A program made the translations under genes and the position numbers. From NCBI GenBank assembly GCA_040756555.1, contig JBFLYS010000006.1, forward strand, positions 6,025 to 70,024: a stretch of 64,000 nucleotides of DNA, in the 5' to 3' direction. The stretch comes from Pseudomonadota bacterium. Its GTDB lineage: Bacteria > Pseudomonadota > Alphaproteobacteria > Rhizobiales > Xanthobacteraceae. The notes beneath the pieces are model-generated. The model did no database searches. It saw only the letters and a list, made by a program, of their open reading frames with translations, and was not told the DNA's origin. Below, piece after piece: positions 12,941-23,136 of this stretch; position 1 is the stretch's first letter, and every line of letters begins with the position of its first letter.

Positions 12941-13057
12941 GTCATGGCCGGACACAGCCGTCCAAAGGACGGCGTCGTTTCGCTCGCCTATGTCCCGGCC
13001 ATCCACGTCTTTGCGGCAAAGTAAGACGTGGATGCCCGGCACAAGGCCGGGCATGAC
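12941..13057. repeat. Rhizobiales-type intergenic palindromic repeat element
   Basis: Bounded by gtcatg/catgac; nested hairpins gccgtcc/ggacggc, atccacgtctt/aagacgtggat, gcccggc/gccgggc. Resembles the GTCATGGCCGG...GCCGGGCATGAC repeats I recall from Bradyrhizobium-like genomes. Confidence 0.75.
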
Positions 13058-13103
13058 AGCGGAGATGGTGCAGCGGATACGGAAAATGCTCTAGGCTGCA
13101 TCC

Positions 13104-13223
13104 ATGCTGCCGTTCCCCGAAATGCTCATCATGCTGATGCCGCCGTCGGTCCATTACCGGCGGCGGATCGCCGAGGAGGTCGATGCCGGCGAGCCGGAGC
13201 TCGATCTGTTGCCGGAGCTGGTG
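13104..13223 (+). pseudogene. 5' fragment (40 codons) of the FkbM-family methyltransferase at 23369
   Basis: MLPFPEMLIMLMPPSVHYRRRIAEEVDAGEPELDLLPELV matches 23369-23488 at 36/40 aa and 107/120 nt; similarity stops abruptly afterwards. Confidence 0.85.
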
Positions 13224-13318
13224 GTGGCGGAAGCGGAGGGCCGGTCCGAAGCTCCTGATCGCAAACAAATGCAAGAAACGACGTTCCGCACGACGCAAGT
13301 CCATGAGGCAGGCCCCGC

Positions 13319-14773
13319 ATGAGCCACGACAAACCCAACACCAGCCGCCCGCAGCCCGATCAGGTGCTGGTCGACATCGCCGACTATGTGCTGAGCGAGA
13401 AACCGCCGAGCGAGGAGGCTCGTGCCACGGCAGGCCTTTGCCTGATCGACACGCTGGGGTGCGGTCTTGAGGCGCTGGAATATCCGGCCTGCACAAAGCT
13501 CCTCGGTCCGATCGTGCAGGGCACGGTCGTCCCCAACGGCGCCAAGGTGCCGGGGACACAGTTTCAGCTCGATCCGGTCCAGGCCGCATTCAACATCGGG
13601 ACCATGATCCGATGGCTCGACTTCAACGACACGTGGCTCGCGGCGGAATGGGGCCATCCATCCGACAATCTCGGCGGCATTCTCGCGACGGCGGATTGGT
13701 TGAGCCGCAACGCCATCGCTGCGGGCAAGCGGCCGTTGCTGATGCGCGACGTTCTCACCGCCATGATCAAGGCGCACGAAATCCAGGGCTGCATCGCACT
13801 CGAGAACTCGTTCAACAAGGTCGGCCTCGACCACGTCGTCCTCGTGAAGGTCGCGACGACCGCCGTGGTTGCGCGGATGCTGGGACTGACGCGAGATGAG
13901 ATCGTCAACGCCGTTTCGCTGGCCTGGGTGGACGGGCAGAGCCTGCGCACCTACCGCCACGCGCCGAACACCGGCAGCCGCAAGTCCTGGGCGGCAGGCG
14001 ACGCGACCAGCCGAGGCGTGCGTCTCGCGCTGATCGCCAGGACAGGCGAGATGGGTTACCCGTCCGCTCTCAGCGCCAAGACCTGGGGTTTCTACGACGT
14101 GCTGTTCAAGGGACGTCCGTTTGAATTTCAGCGGCCCTATGGCTCGTATGTCATGGAAAACGTGCTGTTCAAGATTTCCTTCCCGGCAGAGTTTCATTCG
14201 CAAACCGGCGTCGAAGCCGCGATGAAGCTGCATGGGGCGCTCAAACAGATGGGCAAGACGACGGACGACATCAAGAAAATCTCGATCCGCACGCACGAAG
14301 CCTGCATCCGGATTATCGACAAGCAGGGGCCGTTGAACAATCCGGCCGACCGCGATCACTGCATCCAATACATGGTGGCGGTGCCGCTGATCTTTGGCCG
14401 GCTGACAGCAGCCGATTACGAAGATGGCGTGGCCTCCGACCCTCGCATCGATGCGCTACGCGCAAAGATCGTCTGCGTGGAAGATCCTGCGTTTACCAAG
14501 GACTATCACGACCCGGACAAGCGCTCGATCGCGAACGCGCTGACGCTTGAGTTGAAGGACGGTACGGCGTTGCCCGAGGTCGTTGTCGAATATCCCATCG
14601 GTCACAAACGCCGCCGTGGCGATGGCATTCCGCTGCTCGTGGAGAAGTTCAAGACCAATCTGGCGCGGCGCTTTGCCGTCAAGCAGCAGGATGCTGTGCT
14701 TGCCGTCAGTCTCGATCAGAAGGCGCTCGAAGGCATGCCGGTACATGAGTACGTCGATCTGTATGTGATTTGA
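13319..14773 (+). CDS. prpD: 2-methylcitrate dehydratase PrpD
   Basis: [61 protein letters not shown]. Confidence 0.93.
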   Translation: MSHDKPNTSRPQPDQVLVDIADYVLSEKPPSEEARATAGLCLIDTLGCGLEALEYPACTKLLGPIVQGTVVPNGAKVPGTQFQLDPVQAAFNIGTMIRWLDFNDTWLAAEWGHPSDNLGGILATADWLSRNAIAAGKRPLLMRDVLTAMIKAHEIQGCIALENSFNKVGLDHVVLVKVATTAVVARMLGLTRDEIVNAVSLAWVDGQSLRTYRHAPNTGSRKSWAAGDATSRGVRLALIARTGEMGYPSALSAKTWGFYDVLFKGRPFEFQRPYGSYVMENVLFKISFPAEFHSQTGVEAAMKLHGALKQMGKTTDDIKKISIRTHEACIRIIDKQGPLNNPADRDHCIQYMVAVPLIFGRLTAADYEDGVASDPRIDALRAKIVCVEDPAFTKDYHDPDKRSIANALTLELKDGTALPEVVVEYPIGHKRRRGDGIPLLVEKFKTNLARRFAVKQQDAVLAVSLDQKALEGMPVHEYVDLYVI

Positions 14774-14798
14774 GCGCAACTCCGTTGGAGGCGTCGAA

Positions 14799-15776
14799 AT
14801 GGACTTCCGGTCAATCACGCAGGGACTCAGCCTCGCACTCGCCGCCGTGTGCATCCTCGCGGCGTCCCCCGTCTCGGCCCAGACCTACCCCACGCGGTTC
14901 ATCCGCGTCATCGTGCCGTTCGCGCCCGGCGGCGGCTCCGACCTCATCGCCCGCTTCATCACGCAACGGCTTGAGCAATCGCTCGGCGCCACCTTCGTGA
15001 TCGAGAACAAGGCTGGCGCGGGCGGCAACCTCGGCGCCGATCAGGGCGTGAGATCGCCCGCCGACGGCTATACGCTGACGCTGATCGCGTCGAGCTACAC
15101 GGTCAATCCGGCGCTGCGCAACCTCGGCTACGACCCGGTTCACGACATCACGCCGATCATCAAGATTTCTCAGGGCCCTCTGCTGGTGCTGGCGAATCCC
15201 GCGCTGGGCGTCAGCTCGATCAAGGATCTCGTTGCGGCCGCGAAAAGCCGGCCCGGCGCGATCACCTATGCTTCATCCGGCCAGGGCAGCATCATTCATG
15301 CGGCCACCGAGCTGTTCAACACCCGCGCAGGCATCAGCATGACGCATGTGCCCTACCGGGGGACCGCGCCTGCGCTCGCCGATACGCTGTCGGGTCAGAC
15401 GCAGATCTTCTTCAGCTCCGCCGCATCCGCGATGCCGCACGTCCAGGCCGGCACGCTGAAGATTTTGGCGGTCACGAGCGCGCAGCGGCTGCCATCGTTG
15501 CCCGATGTCCCGACGGTCCGAGAGGCGGGCGTGTCCGGCTACGAGGTGGAGCTATGGCACGGGCTCATTGCGCCGAAGGGCGTGCCACGCGCTATCGTCG
15601 ACAAGATCAACAAGGCAGCCAACGATGCGCTGAAGCTGAAAGAAGCCGCGGAAAAGCTGGCGAGCGATGGGGTTTCTCCGGCCGGTGGAACGCCCGAGGA
15701 GTTTGGGGCGACCATCGCCAAGGAGGTCGAGCTGTGGCGCAAGCTCGCGGCCGACGGCGTCATCAAGCCGCCATGA
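14799..15776 (+). CDS. Tripartite tricarboxylate transporter substrate-binding protein (Bug/TctC family)
   Basis: IVPFAPGGGSD, ENKAGAGG, PADGYTL, HVPYRG motifs; signal peptide. Confidence 0.92.
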   Translation: MDFRSITQGLSLALAAVCILAASPVSAQTYPTRFIRVIVPFAPGGGSDLIARFITQRLEQSLGATFVIENKAGAGGNLGADQGVRSPADGYTLTLIASSYTVNPALRNLGYDPVHDITPIIKISQGPLLVLANPALGVSSIKDLVAAAKSRPGAITYASSGQGSIIHAATELFNTRAGISMTHVPYRGTAPALADTLSGQTQIFFSSAASAMPHVQAGTLKILAVTSAQRLPSLPDVPTVREAGVSGYEVELWHGLIAPKGVPRAIVDKINKAANDALKLKEAAEKLASDGVSPAGGTPEEFGATIAKEVELWRKLAADGVIKPP

Positions 15777-15867
15777 TGCTACTGGCTGGCTCCGCTTTCG
15801 CGGGGGCGCGAGCGATAGAAGTCTGTTTCGTTATCTTTGAATCAGATGTCGTGTCGCCAATGGGCGG

Positions 15868-16683
15868 TCAGACCGGCAAACCATTCTGCTTTCGCAGGCT
15901 CTTGTCGAATGCGGACGCCGGCACGAAGCGGCGCAAGAAACTGACCTGGCGAGCCATTTTCCCCGCCGCATATCTCCTCCTCGGAAGAGAGGCGGTCGCT
16001 GCCTTCAGGATCGTCTCGGCGACGACTTCAGGAGTGTCGCCTGTCTCGATTGCTTTCCGCAGAATCACCTCCATCCCAGCACGTGCAGCGCCATAGAGAT
16101 CAAGCACCCGATCTGGTTTGGCGAGATTTTCTTCAAATGAGGTGCGGGTATAGGCGGGCTCAACCAATACGACCCGAATTCCGAAGGAGCGCAGTTCATG
16201 ATCGAGTGATTCAGAGTAGCCTTCGATGGCATGCTTGGTCGATGCATAAAGCGCCGAATAGGGAGCCGGGATTAGACCCAGCACTGAACTCAGATTAACA
16301 ATTCTGCCTTTCCCTTGACGACGCATTGTCGGCAACACCGCGTTGGTCACGCGAAGAACACCGAAGACGTTTACATCAAACAGTGCTTGGGCCTGGGCGA
16401 TCGACGACTCCTCTGCGCCGCCGAGCAGGCCAATACCGGCATTATTGACAAGCAGATCGATCCGCCCAGCCCTGGCGAGCACGTCATTGGCGAGTTTTGC
16501 GACGGAGGCATCATCGGTCACGTCGCAGGTCAGCATGGTCACGCCGTCAGCGCTTTCGTTCGTGGCGCGGCGGCTGGTGCCAAAAACGCGAAACCCCGCA
16601 CTCTGAAGAGCTTTGGCCGTTGCATGGCCGATGCCGGAGGATGCGCCCGTGACCAGAGCGACTTCAGGATTGGTCTTGTTCAT
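15868..16683 (-). CDS. Short-chain dehydrogenase/reductase
   Basis: TGASSGIG, NNAG, catalytic YASTK. Confidence 0.92.
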   Translation of the reverse strand: MNKTNPEVALVTGASSGIGHATAKALQSAGFRVFGTSRRATNESADGVTMLTCDVTDDASVAKLANDVLARAGRIDLLVNNAGIGLLGGAEESSIAQAQALFDVNVFGVLRVTNAVLPTMRRQGKGRIVNLSSVLGLIPAPYSALYASTKHAIEGYSESLDHELRSFGIRVVLVEPAYTRTSFEENLAKPDRVLDLYGAARAGMEVILRKAIETGDTPEVVAETILKAATASLPRRRYAAGKMARQVSFLRRFVPASAFDKSLRKQNGLPV

Positions 16684-16734
16684 GAAATTACGTCTTTCGC
16701 TGCAGGTTGGATTTCGAAATGCGTCTTCCGGCGG

Positions 16735-18036
16735 TCACGGGACCGCCTGCGCGCTTGCACGTGCCGGATCGCCGGTCCAGCGTCGGAAGAGAGCGCTCGC
16801 ATTGACGCCGCCGAACCCGAAACCGTTGCAGATCGAGTAGTCCATCGCGAGCGGCCGGGCCTCATTTGCGACGAAGTCAATGCCATCAGCGGCCGGGTCG
16901 GCAGCGCTGAGATTGAGTGTCGGGGGAGCGATCTGATCCCTGAGCGCCAGGATCGTGAAGATCGCGCCAAGTCCGCCGGCCGCGCCAAGCAGATGTCCGG
17001 TCGCTGATTTGGTCGCGCTAACGGCAATGCTGGAATCGCGCCCGAAGACGCTTTTGATCGCTTCGATCTCGCCCATGTCGCCGACGGGCGTAGAGGTCGC
17101 GTGCGCATTGAGGTGGCGGATATCGCGGGGTGAAATATCGGCTTGCGCAATCGCGATCTCCATGGCCCGGCGCGCACCGTCGCCGTCATCAGGACCGGAC
17201 GTGATGTGATGTGAGTCTGCTGTTGTGCCGTAGCCGACCAGTTCGGCGAGCGGCTTCGCGCCGCGCGCAAGCGCATGCTGCAATTCCTCGATGACCAGGA
17301 TGCCGGCGCCTTCGCCCATGACGAAGCCGTCCCGCGACCGGTCGAAGGGCCGCGAGGCTTGAGCGGGCGTCTCATTGAAGCCCGTCGAAAGAGACCGCGC
17401 GGCGGCAAAGCCGCCGAGACTGACGATGTTCATGCAGGCTTCGGTTCCGCCGCACACGGCGATGTCCGCTTCATCCGCGCGGATAAGACGAGCGGCATCG
17501 CCGATCGCCTGGATACCGGCGGCGCATGCCGTGACCGGCGCGCCGAGCGGGCCTTTGAAGCCGTAACGGATCGAGATGTGTCCCGCCGCAAGGTTCACCA
17601 GGAACGATGGTACGGTGAACGGTGAAAGACGCCGGACGCCGCGCTGATCGACCGTTCGCACCGCGTCGGTTATGGCGGGAAATCCGCCAATGCCCGACGC
17701 GATGATGGTTGCGGTGCGGGCGCGTTCATGGTCCACGGCCGGCTTCCAAGTCGCTTGAGTGATCGCCTCGTCTGCTGCCGCCAATGCGAACAGAATGAAG
17801 CGGTCGGCCCTGCGCTGGTCCTTCGGCGCCAGGGCAGTGTTCGGATCGAAGCCTGCGTCAGGGTCTTCTTCCAACGAGGGAACGACGCCGCCGATCTTTG
17901 CCGGCAGATCCCTTACGACCCCATCCGGAAGTCTCCGGATACCCGAACGGCCCGCGAGGAGACGCGACCATGATGTCTCGACCTTTGCCCCGAGAGGTGA
18001 AACCGCGCCGAGGCCCGTGACAACAATCCGTCGCAT
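16735..18036 (-). CDS. fabF: Beta-ketoacyl-ACP synthase II (FabF paralog)
   Basis: RRIVVTGLG; catalytic Cys (VTACAAG), His (NAHATST), His (TGHLLGAAG); GFGFGG. Not in an acpP-fabF context. Confidence 0.9.
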   Translation of the reverse strand: MRRIVVTGLGAVSPLGAKVETSWSRLLAGRSGIRRLPDGVVRDLPAKIGGVVPSLEEDPDAGFDPNTALAPKDQRRADRFILFALAAADEAITQATWKPAVDHERARTATIIASGIGGFPAITDAVRTVDQRGVRRLSPFTVPSFLVNLAAGHISIRYGFKGPLGAPVTACAAGIQAIGDAARLIRADEADIAVCGGTEACMNIVSLGGFAAARSLSTGFNETPAQASRPFDRSRDGFVMGEGAGILVIEELQHALARGAKPLAELVGYGTTADSHHITSGPDDGDGARRAMEIAIAQADISPRDIRHLNAHATSTPVGDMGEIEAIKSVFGRDSSIAVSATKSATGHLLGAAGGLGAIFTILALRDQIAPPTLNLSAADPAADGIDFVANEARPLAMDYSICNGFGFGGVNASALFRRWTGDPARASAQAVP

Positions 18037-18603
18037 CTAATATCCGATCGAATGAGCGGCGGCTTCTAGAATGCGTTTTGAAAGGCGCTTGTCGTTGACC
18101 GTACGCGAGAGGAGCACCGCGCCAACCATGGTCGAGAGAATGGCCATGGCTTTGTCCGTGGCGTCTTTTGAGCCGGGCTCGCCGGTCCAACGGCCGAGCA
18201 TTTCCAGGTATTTCTTGATTCCGGCTTCGAACGGCGCCTTGACCTCCGCGCCCTGCCGGGCGGCGTCTGAGCCGAGCGCGACGACCGGACAGCCATCTCC
18301 TCGTTCTTCGCGGTGCCCCATGCTGAGATAGAACGCGACCACTGCGCCAAGCGGATCCTTCGGATCGGCTTGCGCTGCGGCTGACCATCGGTGAGAGGCG
18401 CTTTCCAACGCCCGCTCGGAGGCCTGTGCCGCCAAATCGTCCTTTGACTCGAACTGCTTGTAAAACGCGCCCTGAGTGAGGCCGGCTTCCGCCATCAGGT
18501 CCTTGAGACCGATGCCGTCAAAGCCGCGCTCCCGAAACAGGCGGCTCGCCACATTGATCACGGTTTGCCGGTTTTCCTCGGCCTGAATGCGGCTGACGCG
18601 CAT
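18037..18603 (-). CDS. TetR/AcrR family transcriptional regulator
   Basis: HTH LFRERGFDGIGLKDLMAEAGLTQGAFYKQF; ATG 18603 has an aggag RBS; stop codon abuts the fabF start. Confidence 0.92.
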   Translation of the reverse strand: MRVSRIQAEENRQTVINVASRLFRERGFDGIGLKDLMAEAGLTQGAFYKQFESKDDLAAQASERALESASHRWSAAAQADPKDPLGAVVAFYLSMGHREERGDGCPVVALGSDAARQGAEVKAPFEAGIKKYLEMLGRWTGEPGSKDATDKAMAILSTMVGAVLLSRTVNDKRLSKRILEAAAHSIGY

Positions 18604-18621
18604 CGTCGATCTCCTCTTTTT

Positions 18622-18670
18622 TAGATTGCGTTCATAATCTATATCAGATATAGAGTTCGAACGCAATCTA
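18622..18670. promoter_or_regulatory. Paired putative TetR operators in the divergent promoter
   Basis: Two 20-bp TAGA-N12-TCTA boxes, tagattgcgttcataatcta (18622-18641) and tagagttcgaacgcaatcta (18651-18670), matching 17/20 as inverted copies. Confidence 0.7.
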
Positions 18671-18689
18671 TTTCAAGGAGGGCTTCGAC

Positions 18690-19802
18690 ATGAAAAAGAG
18701 ACCCGTTTTCGTACTGGGAGGCCTCCTCGTCGCGGCGTCAGCGGCGGCCGCACTCGCCACAGTTTCCATGCGCTCGCCGCAAGCCTCTGCCGCAAGCGAT
18801 CCAAGGCAAGACGCTCCGCTCGTCAGGCTGATCGTGCCTGCGCAGGCCGCCGAATCCGAACGTCGCCTTACCGGCGCCGTTGCGGCCAGGGTGCAGAGCA
18901 ATCTCGGCTTCCGCGTGCCCGGAAAAATCATCAAGCGTCTTGTCGACGTCGGCCACCAGGTCAAGGAGGGACAGGCACTGATGCAAATTGACGAGAGCGA
19001 TTTGCGCCTCGCGCTGACGGCCAAACGCAATGCAGCCATCGCCGCGCGTGCGGTTGCCGTTCAGGCGCGGTCTGATGAAAAGCGCTATGCCGTCCTTGTT
19101 CAAAGCGTTTCCGTGTCGCCGCAGCGCTACGAGCAGGCCAAGGCTGCGCTGGATACGGCGGAGGCGCAATTGGCCGCTGCGGAAGCTGAAGCACATGTCG
19201 CAGAAAACGAAGCGAAGTATTCGACGCTGGCAGCCGATGCCGACGGTACCGTGGTCGAAACATTGGCTGAACCGGGCCAAGTCGTGTCCGCAGGACAGGT
19301 CGTGGTGCGGCTCGCTCATGCCGGGCCTCGTGAGGCTGTCGTTTCGCTGCCTGAAACAGTGCGGCCGGCAATCGGTTCGCTGGCCGAGGCAAGCGTCTAT
19401 GGCGAAGGTCAGCGGCGCTCGACCGCGCGGCTCAGACAATTGTCGGACGCCGCCGATCCTCAAACCCGGACTTACGAAGCGCGCTATGTGCTCGAAGGCG
19501 ATGCCGCCGGGGCGCCGCTTGGCGCGACCGTCACCATTCGAATTACAAGTGAGGCGGCCCAGCCGGCAGTCCAGGTCCCCCTGGGAGCCGTACTCGATGA
19601 CGGCAGCAAGACCGGCGTTTGGGTCCTGGACAGCGCCACCTCCACTGTACGCTTCCGGCCGGTCAAGCTTGTTCGGGTGAGCGGCGAAACCGCGGTGGTC
19701 TCAGGCCTGAGCTCCGGTGATCCGGTTGTTTCGCTTGGCGCTCATCTCCTGCGAGAAGGCGCTCACGTCAGAACTGCCTCTGAAAGCAGGGGCAACCGAT
19801 GA
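18690..19802 (+). CDS. RND efflux periplasmic adaptor (MexJ-like)
   Basis: LGFRVPGKIIKRLVDVG lipoyl-like motif, helical hairpin, ADPQTRTYEAR. Confidence 0.9.
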   Translation: MKKRPVFVLGGLLVAASAAAALATVSMRSPQASAASDPRQDAPLVRLIVPAQAAESERRLTGAVAARVQSNLGFRVPGKIIKRLVDVGHQVKEGQALMQIDESDLRLALTAKRNAAIAARAVAVQARSDEKRYAVLVQSVSVSPQRYEQAKAALDTAEAQLAAAEAEAHVAENEAKYSTLAADADGTVVETLAEPGQVVSAGQVVVRLAHAGPREAVVSLPETVRPAIGSLAEASVYGEGQRRSTARLRQLSDAADPQTRTYEARYVLEGDAAGAPLGATVTIRITSEAAQPAVQVPLGAVLDDGSKTGVWVLDSATSTVRFRPVKLVRVSGETAVVSGLSSGDPVVSLGAHLLREGAHVRTASESRGNR

Positions 19803-22800
19803 GATTCAATCTTTCCGCGCTTGCCGTTCGCGAACGCGCCGTCACCTTGTTCTTCATTCTCCTGCTGGCGGCTGCGGGAGCCTACGCATTCCTGATGCTT
19901 GGGCGCGCGGAGGACCCCAACTTCACCATCAAGACGCTGACGGTTACGACCGTGTGGCCGGGCGCGACGGCACGCGAAATGCAGGACCTCGTGGCCGAGC
20001 CGTTGGAGAAACGCATTCAGGAGCTGACCTGGTACGACCGGGTCGAAACGACCACGCGGCCGGGTTATGCGTACATGACGGTTACGCTGAAGGACAGCAC
20101 GCCGCCCTCTGCCGTGCAGGAGGAATTCTATCAGGCGCGTAAGAAACTGGGGGACGAAGCACGCAACCTGCCGCCCGGCGCCCTCGGTCCCTTTGTCAAC
20201 GACGAATATTCGGACGTGAGCTTTGCCCTTTATGCGCTCAAGGCCGAGGGCATGCCGATGCGCGAATTGACAAGGCAAGCGGAAGTTATCCGGCAGGACC
20301 TTCTGCACGTGCCGGGCGTCAAGAAGATCAACATTCTCGGCGAGCGTCCCGAGCAAATATTCGTTGAGTTCTCCTACCCCAAATTGGCAACCCTCGGCGT
20401 GTCGGCTCGGGACATCGTCACCGCCTTGCAGCGTCAGAACACCGTCACACCGGCAGGCTCGATCGACACACAAGGGCCGCGAGTCTTCATCCGGATCGAT
20501 GGCGCTTATGACAGTGTCCAGGCGATCGCCGACACGCCTATTGTCGCTGCCGGACGCACGCTGAAACTCTCCGACATCGCGGAAATCCGCCGCGGTTACG
20601 AGGATCCGCCCACTTACATCATCCGGCATCAAGGCGAGCCCACCATTGTGCTAGCGGCGGTTATGCAGGAGGGCTGGGATGGTCTCGCACTCGGCAAGGC
20701 GCTGAAGGATCGCGCTGCCGCTATCGCAAAAACGCTGCCGCTCGGAATGACACTTGAAAAGGTGACCGATCAGGCGGTCAACATCACCTCGGCGGTTGAC
20801 GAATTCATGCTGAAGTTCGCGATGGCGCTCGGCGTGGTGCTGCTAGTCAGCCTGCTCAGTCTCGGCTGGCGCGTGGGCATCGTTGTGGCGGCGGCTGTCC
20901 CCCTGACGCTTGCCGTCGTCTTCCTCATCATGCTGGAGACCGGGAGGTTCTTCGACCGGATCACACTCGGCGCGCTTATCCTCGCGCTTGGCCTTCTCGT
21001 GGACGACGCCATCATCGCCATCGAGGTGATGGTGGTGAAAATGGAAGAAGGCATGGACCGCCTCGAGGCTGCCGCCTATGCCTGGAGCCACACCGCGGCG
21101 CCGATGCTGTCCGGAACACTCGTGACCATCGCCGGATTCCTGCCGGTGGGCTTCGCGCGTTCGACGGCCGGCGAATACGCCGGCAACATCTTCTGGGTCG
21201 TGGGTTTTGCGCTCATCGTCTCATGGATCGTTGCGGTGGTCTTCACGCCATATCTCGGCGTCAAGATGCTGCCCGCGATCAAGCCCATCGAAGGTGGCCA
21301 CCACGCGATCTACGACACACCGAATTATCGGCGTCTGCGAGGGCTCATCGCCTTCGCCGTGCGCCACAAATTCTTGACCTGCGGTATCGTTGGCATGGCT
21401 TTCGCGCTCTCCGCCATCGGCATGAGCGGCGTCAAACAGCAGTTTTTCCCGACTTCCGACCGTCCGGAAGTGCTGGTGGAACTTCGCTTGCCGCAAGGCA
21501 CCAGTATCGAGACGACGACCGCCACGGTCGGAAAGCTCGAACACTGGCTGCACGATCAGTCCGAGGCCAAGATTGTCACGAGTTACATCGGTCAGGGCGC
21601 ACCTCGCTTTTTCTTCGCAATGGCGCCGGAACTGCCGGACCCAGCCTTTGCCAAAATCGTCGTTCTCACACCTGACGCGGAGGCGCGCGAGGCGTTGAAG
21701 CACCGGCTGCGAGAGGCGGTGTCACAAGGGCTTGCACCTGAGGCCTACGTGCGCGTCACCCAGCTTGTGTTCGGACCCTACACACCGTTCCCGGTCGAGT
21801 TTCGGGTCATGGGACCTGATACGGCACAACTGTACGCCATCTCTGAAAAAGCGCTTGATATCATGCGTGGCGTTTCCGATGCGCGGCAAGCGAACCGCGA
21901 TTGGGGCAATCGCGCACCCGCGCTCCGCTTCGTCCCGGATCAGGATCGACTGAACCTCATCGGTCTTTCGCCGGCGGAGGTAGGCCAGCAACTCCAATTC
22001 CTCCTCACGGGCGTAGCCGTCACGCAGGTCCGTGAAGACATCCGCAATGTTCCCATCGTGGCACGCAGCGCCGGTGGTGAGCGGCTGGATCCGACGCGCC
22101 TGGCGGACTTCTCGCTGATGAGCCGGGACGGCCATCAGATTCCGCTCGATCAGATCGGGCATTCGGAGGTCCGTCTGGAGGAACCAGTTTTGAAGCGCCG
22201 CGATCGCACGCCCGTCATCACGATCCGTTCGGACATCAACGAGACGACTCAGCCTCCGGAAGTTTCCAAGCAGATCATGACAGCCCTTCAGCCGCTGATC
22301 GCATCGCTTCCGGCTGGCTACCGCATCGAAATGGGTGGATCGATCGAGGAGGCTGCCAAGGCCAACGCGGCGCTGGGTAAGGTCTTCCCGGCCATGATCG
22401 CCGCCACGCTGATCGTCATCATGCTTCAGGTGCGATCCTTCTCGACGATGGCCATGGTCATGCTGACGGCACCTCTTGGCTTGGTTGGTGTCGTGCCTGC
22501 GCTGCTCATTTTCAACAAGCCGTTCGGATTCAACGCCATCCTGGGCCTCATAGGCCTCGCCGGAATCCTGATGCGCAACACGCTGATCCTGACCGAACAG
22601 ATTAAGGAGAACCGTGCGGCCGGCCTTGACGACTATCAAGCCGTCATCGAGGCCACTGTTCAACGCACGCGGCCCGTGATCCTGACCGCACTTGCCGCCG
22701 TGCTGGCCTTCATCCCCCTCACGCACTCGGTCTTCTGGGGATCGATGGCCTACACGCTGATCGGCGGCACGGCGGTCGGCACGGTGCTGATCCTGCTCTT

Positions 22801-22936
22801 CCTTCCTGCGCTCTATGCCGCGTGGTTCCGCATCAAATCGCCGGCTGAACAGGTCAACGAAACCACGACGGCTCTATCCGGCATCGGTTTTAGCTTCGCG
22901 CGAAGCTACGCGCGGCGCTCGCGTACCAAGCCGTGA
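19799..22936 (+). CDS. RND efflux permease (MexK/NolG-like subfamily)
   Basis: 1045 aa; FNLSALAVR...LGRAEDP N-terminus, GLLVDDAIIAIE, RTRPVILTA. Confidence 0.93.
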   Translation: MRFNLSALAVRERAVTLFFILLLAAAGAYAFLMLGRAEDPNFTIKTLTVTTVWPGATAREMQDLVAEPLEKRIQELTWYDRVETTTRPGYAYMTVTLKDSTPPSAVQEEFYQARKKLGDEARNLPPGALGPFVNDEYSDVSFALYALKAEGMPMRELTRQAEVIRQDLLHVPGVKKINILGERPEQIFVEFSYPKLATLGVSARDIVTALQRQNTVTPAGSIDTQGPRVFIRIDGAYDSVQAIADTPIVAAGRTLKLSDIAEIRRGYEDPPTYIIRHQGEPTIVLAAVMQEGWDGLALGKALKDRAAAIAKTLPLGMTLEKVTDQAVNITSAVDEFMLKFAMALGVVLLVSLLSLGWRVGIVVAAAVPLTLAVVFLIMLETGRFFDRITLGALILALGLLVDDAIIAIEVMVVKMEEGMDRLEAAAYAWSHTAAPMLSGTLVTIAGFLPVGFARSTAGEYAGNIFWVVGFALIVSWIVAVVFTPYLGVKMLPAIKPIEGGHHAIYDTPNYRRLRGLIAFAVRHKFLTCGIVGMAFALSAIGMSGVKQQFFPTSDRPEVLVELRLPQGTSIETTTATVGKLEHWLHDQSEAKIVTSYIGQGAPRFFFAMAPELPDPAFAKIVVLTPDAEAREALKHRLREAVSQGLAPEAYVRVTQLVFGPYTPFPVEFRVMGPDTAQLYAISEKALDIMRGVSDARQANRDWGNRAPALRFVPDQDRLNLIGLSPAEVGQQLQFLLTGVAVTQVREDIRNVPIVARSAGGERLDPTRLADFSLMSRDGHQIPLDQIGHSEVRLEEPVLKRRDRTPVITIRSDINETTQPPEVSKQIMTALQPLIASLPAGYRIEMGGSIEEAAKANAALGKVFPAMIAATLIVIMLQVRSFSTMAMVMLTAPLGLVGVVPALLIFNKPFGFNAILGLIGLAGILMRNTLILTEQIKENRAAGLDDYQAVIEATVQRTRPVILTALAAVLAFIPLTHSVFWGSMAYTLIGGTAVGTVLILLFLPALYAAWFRIKSPAEQVNETTTALSGIGFSFARSYARRSRTKP

Positions 22937-22956
22937 GCCCAAACACTGAGGCATTC

Positions 22957-23136
22957 ATGAACGGACTCAAGCAACTATGGACCAAAATTGCGCGCTTCGC
23001 CGAAGCGCTGGAAGGCATGGACGACCCGAAAGACGAGTATATCCTGTCGCTTGGAAAACGAGTGGATCAGCTCGAACGCGACGTGAAGAGTCTCGAAGGC
23101 CAACTGCACCCGCGCGCTGGTGGCGCGACTTGCTGA
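22957..23136 (+). CDS. Small hypothetical coiled-coil protein
   Basis: 59 aa with a gagg RBS, directly after the RND gene; heptad-like RVDQLERDVKSLE. Confidence 0.5.
   Translation: MNGLKQLWTKIARFAEALEGMDDPKDEYILSLGKRVDQLERDVKSLEGQLHPRAGGATC

Noticed and set aside
13104-13322. 72-aa ORF as an independent gene
   Set aside because: The first 40 codons are a truncated fkbM copy and the rest is junction read-through; reported as a pseudogene fragment.
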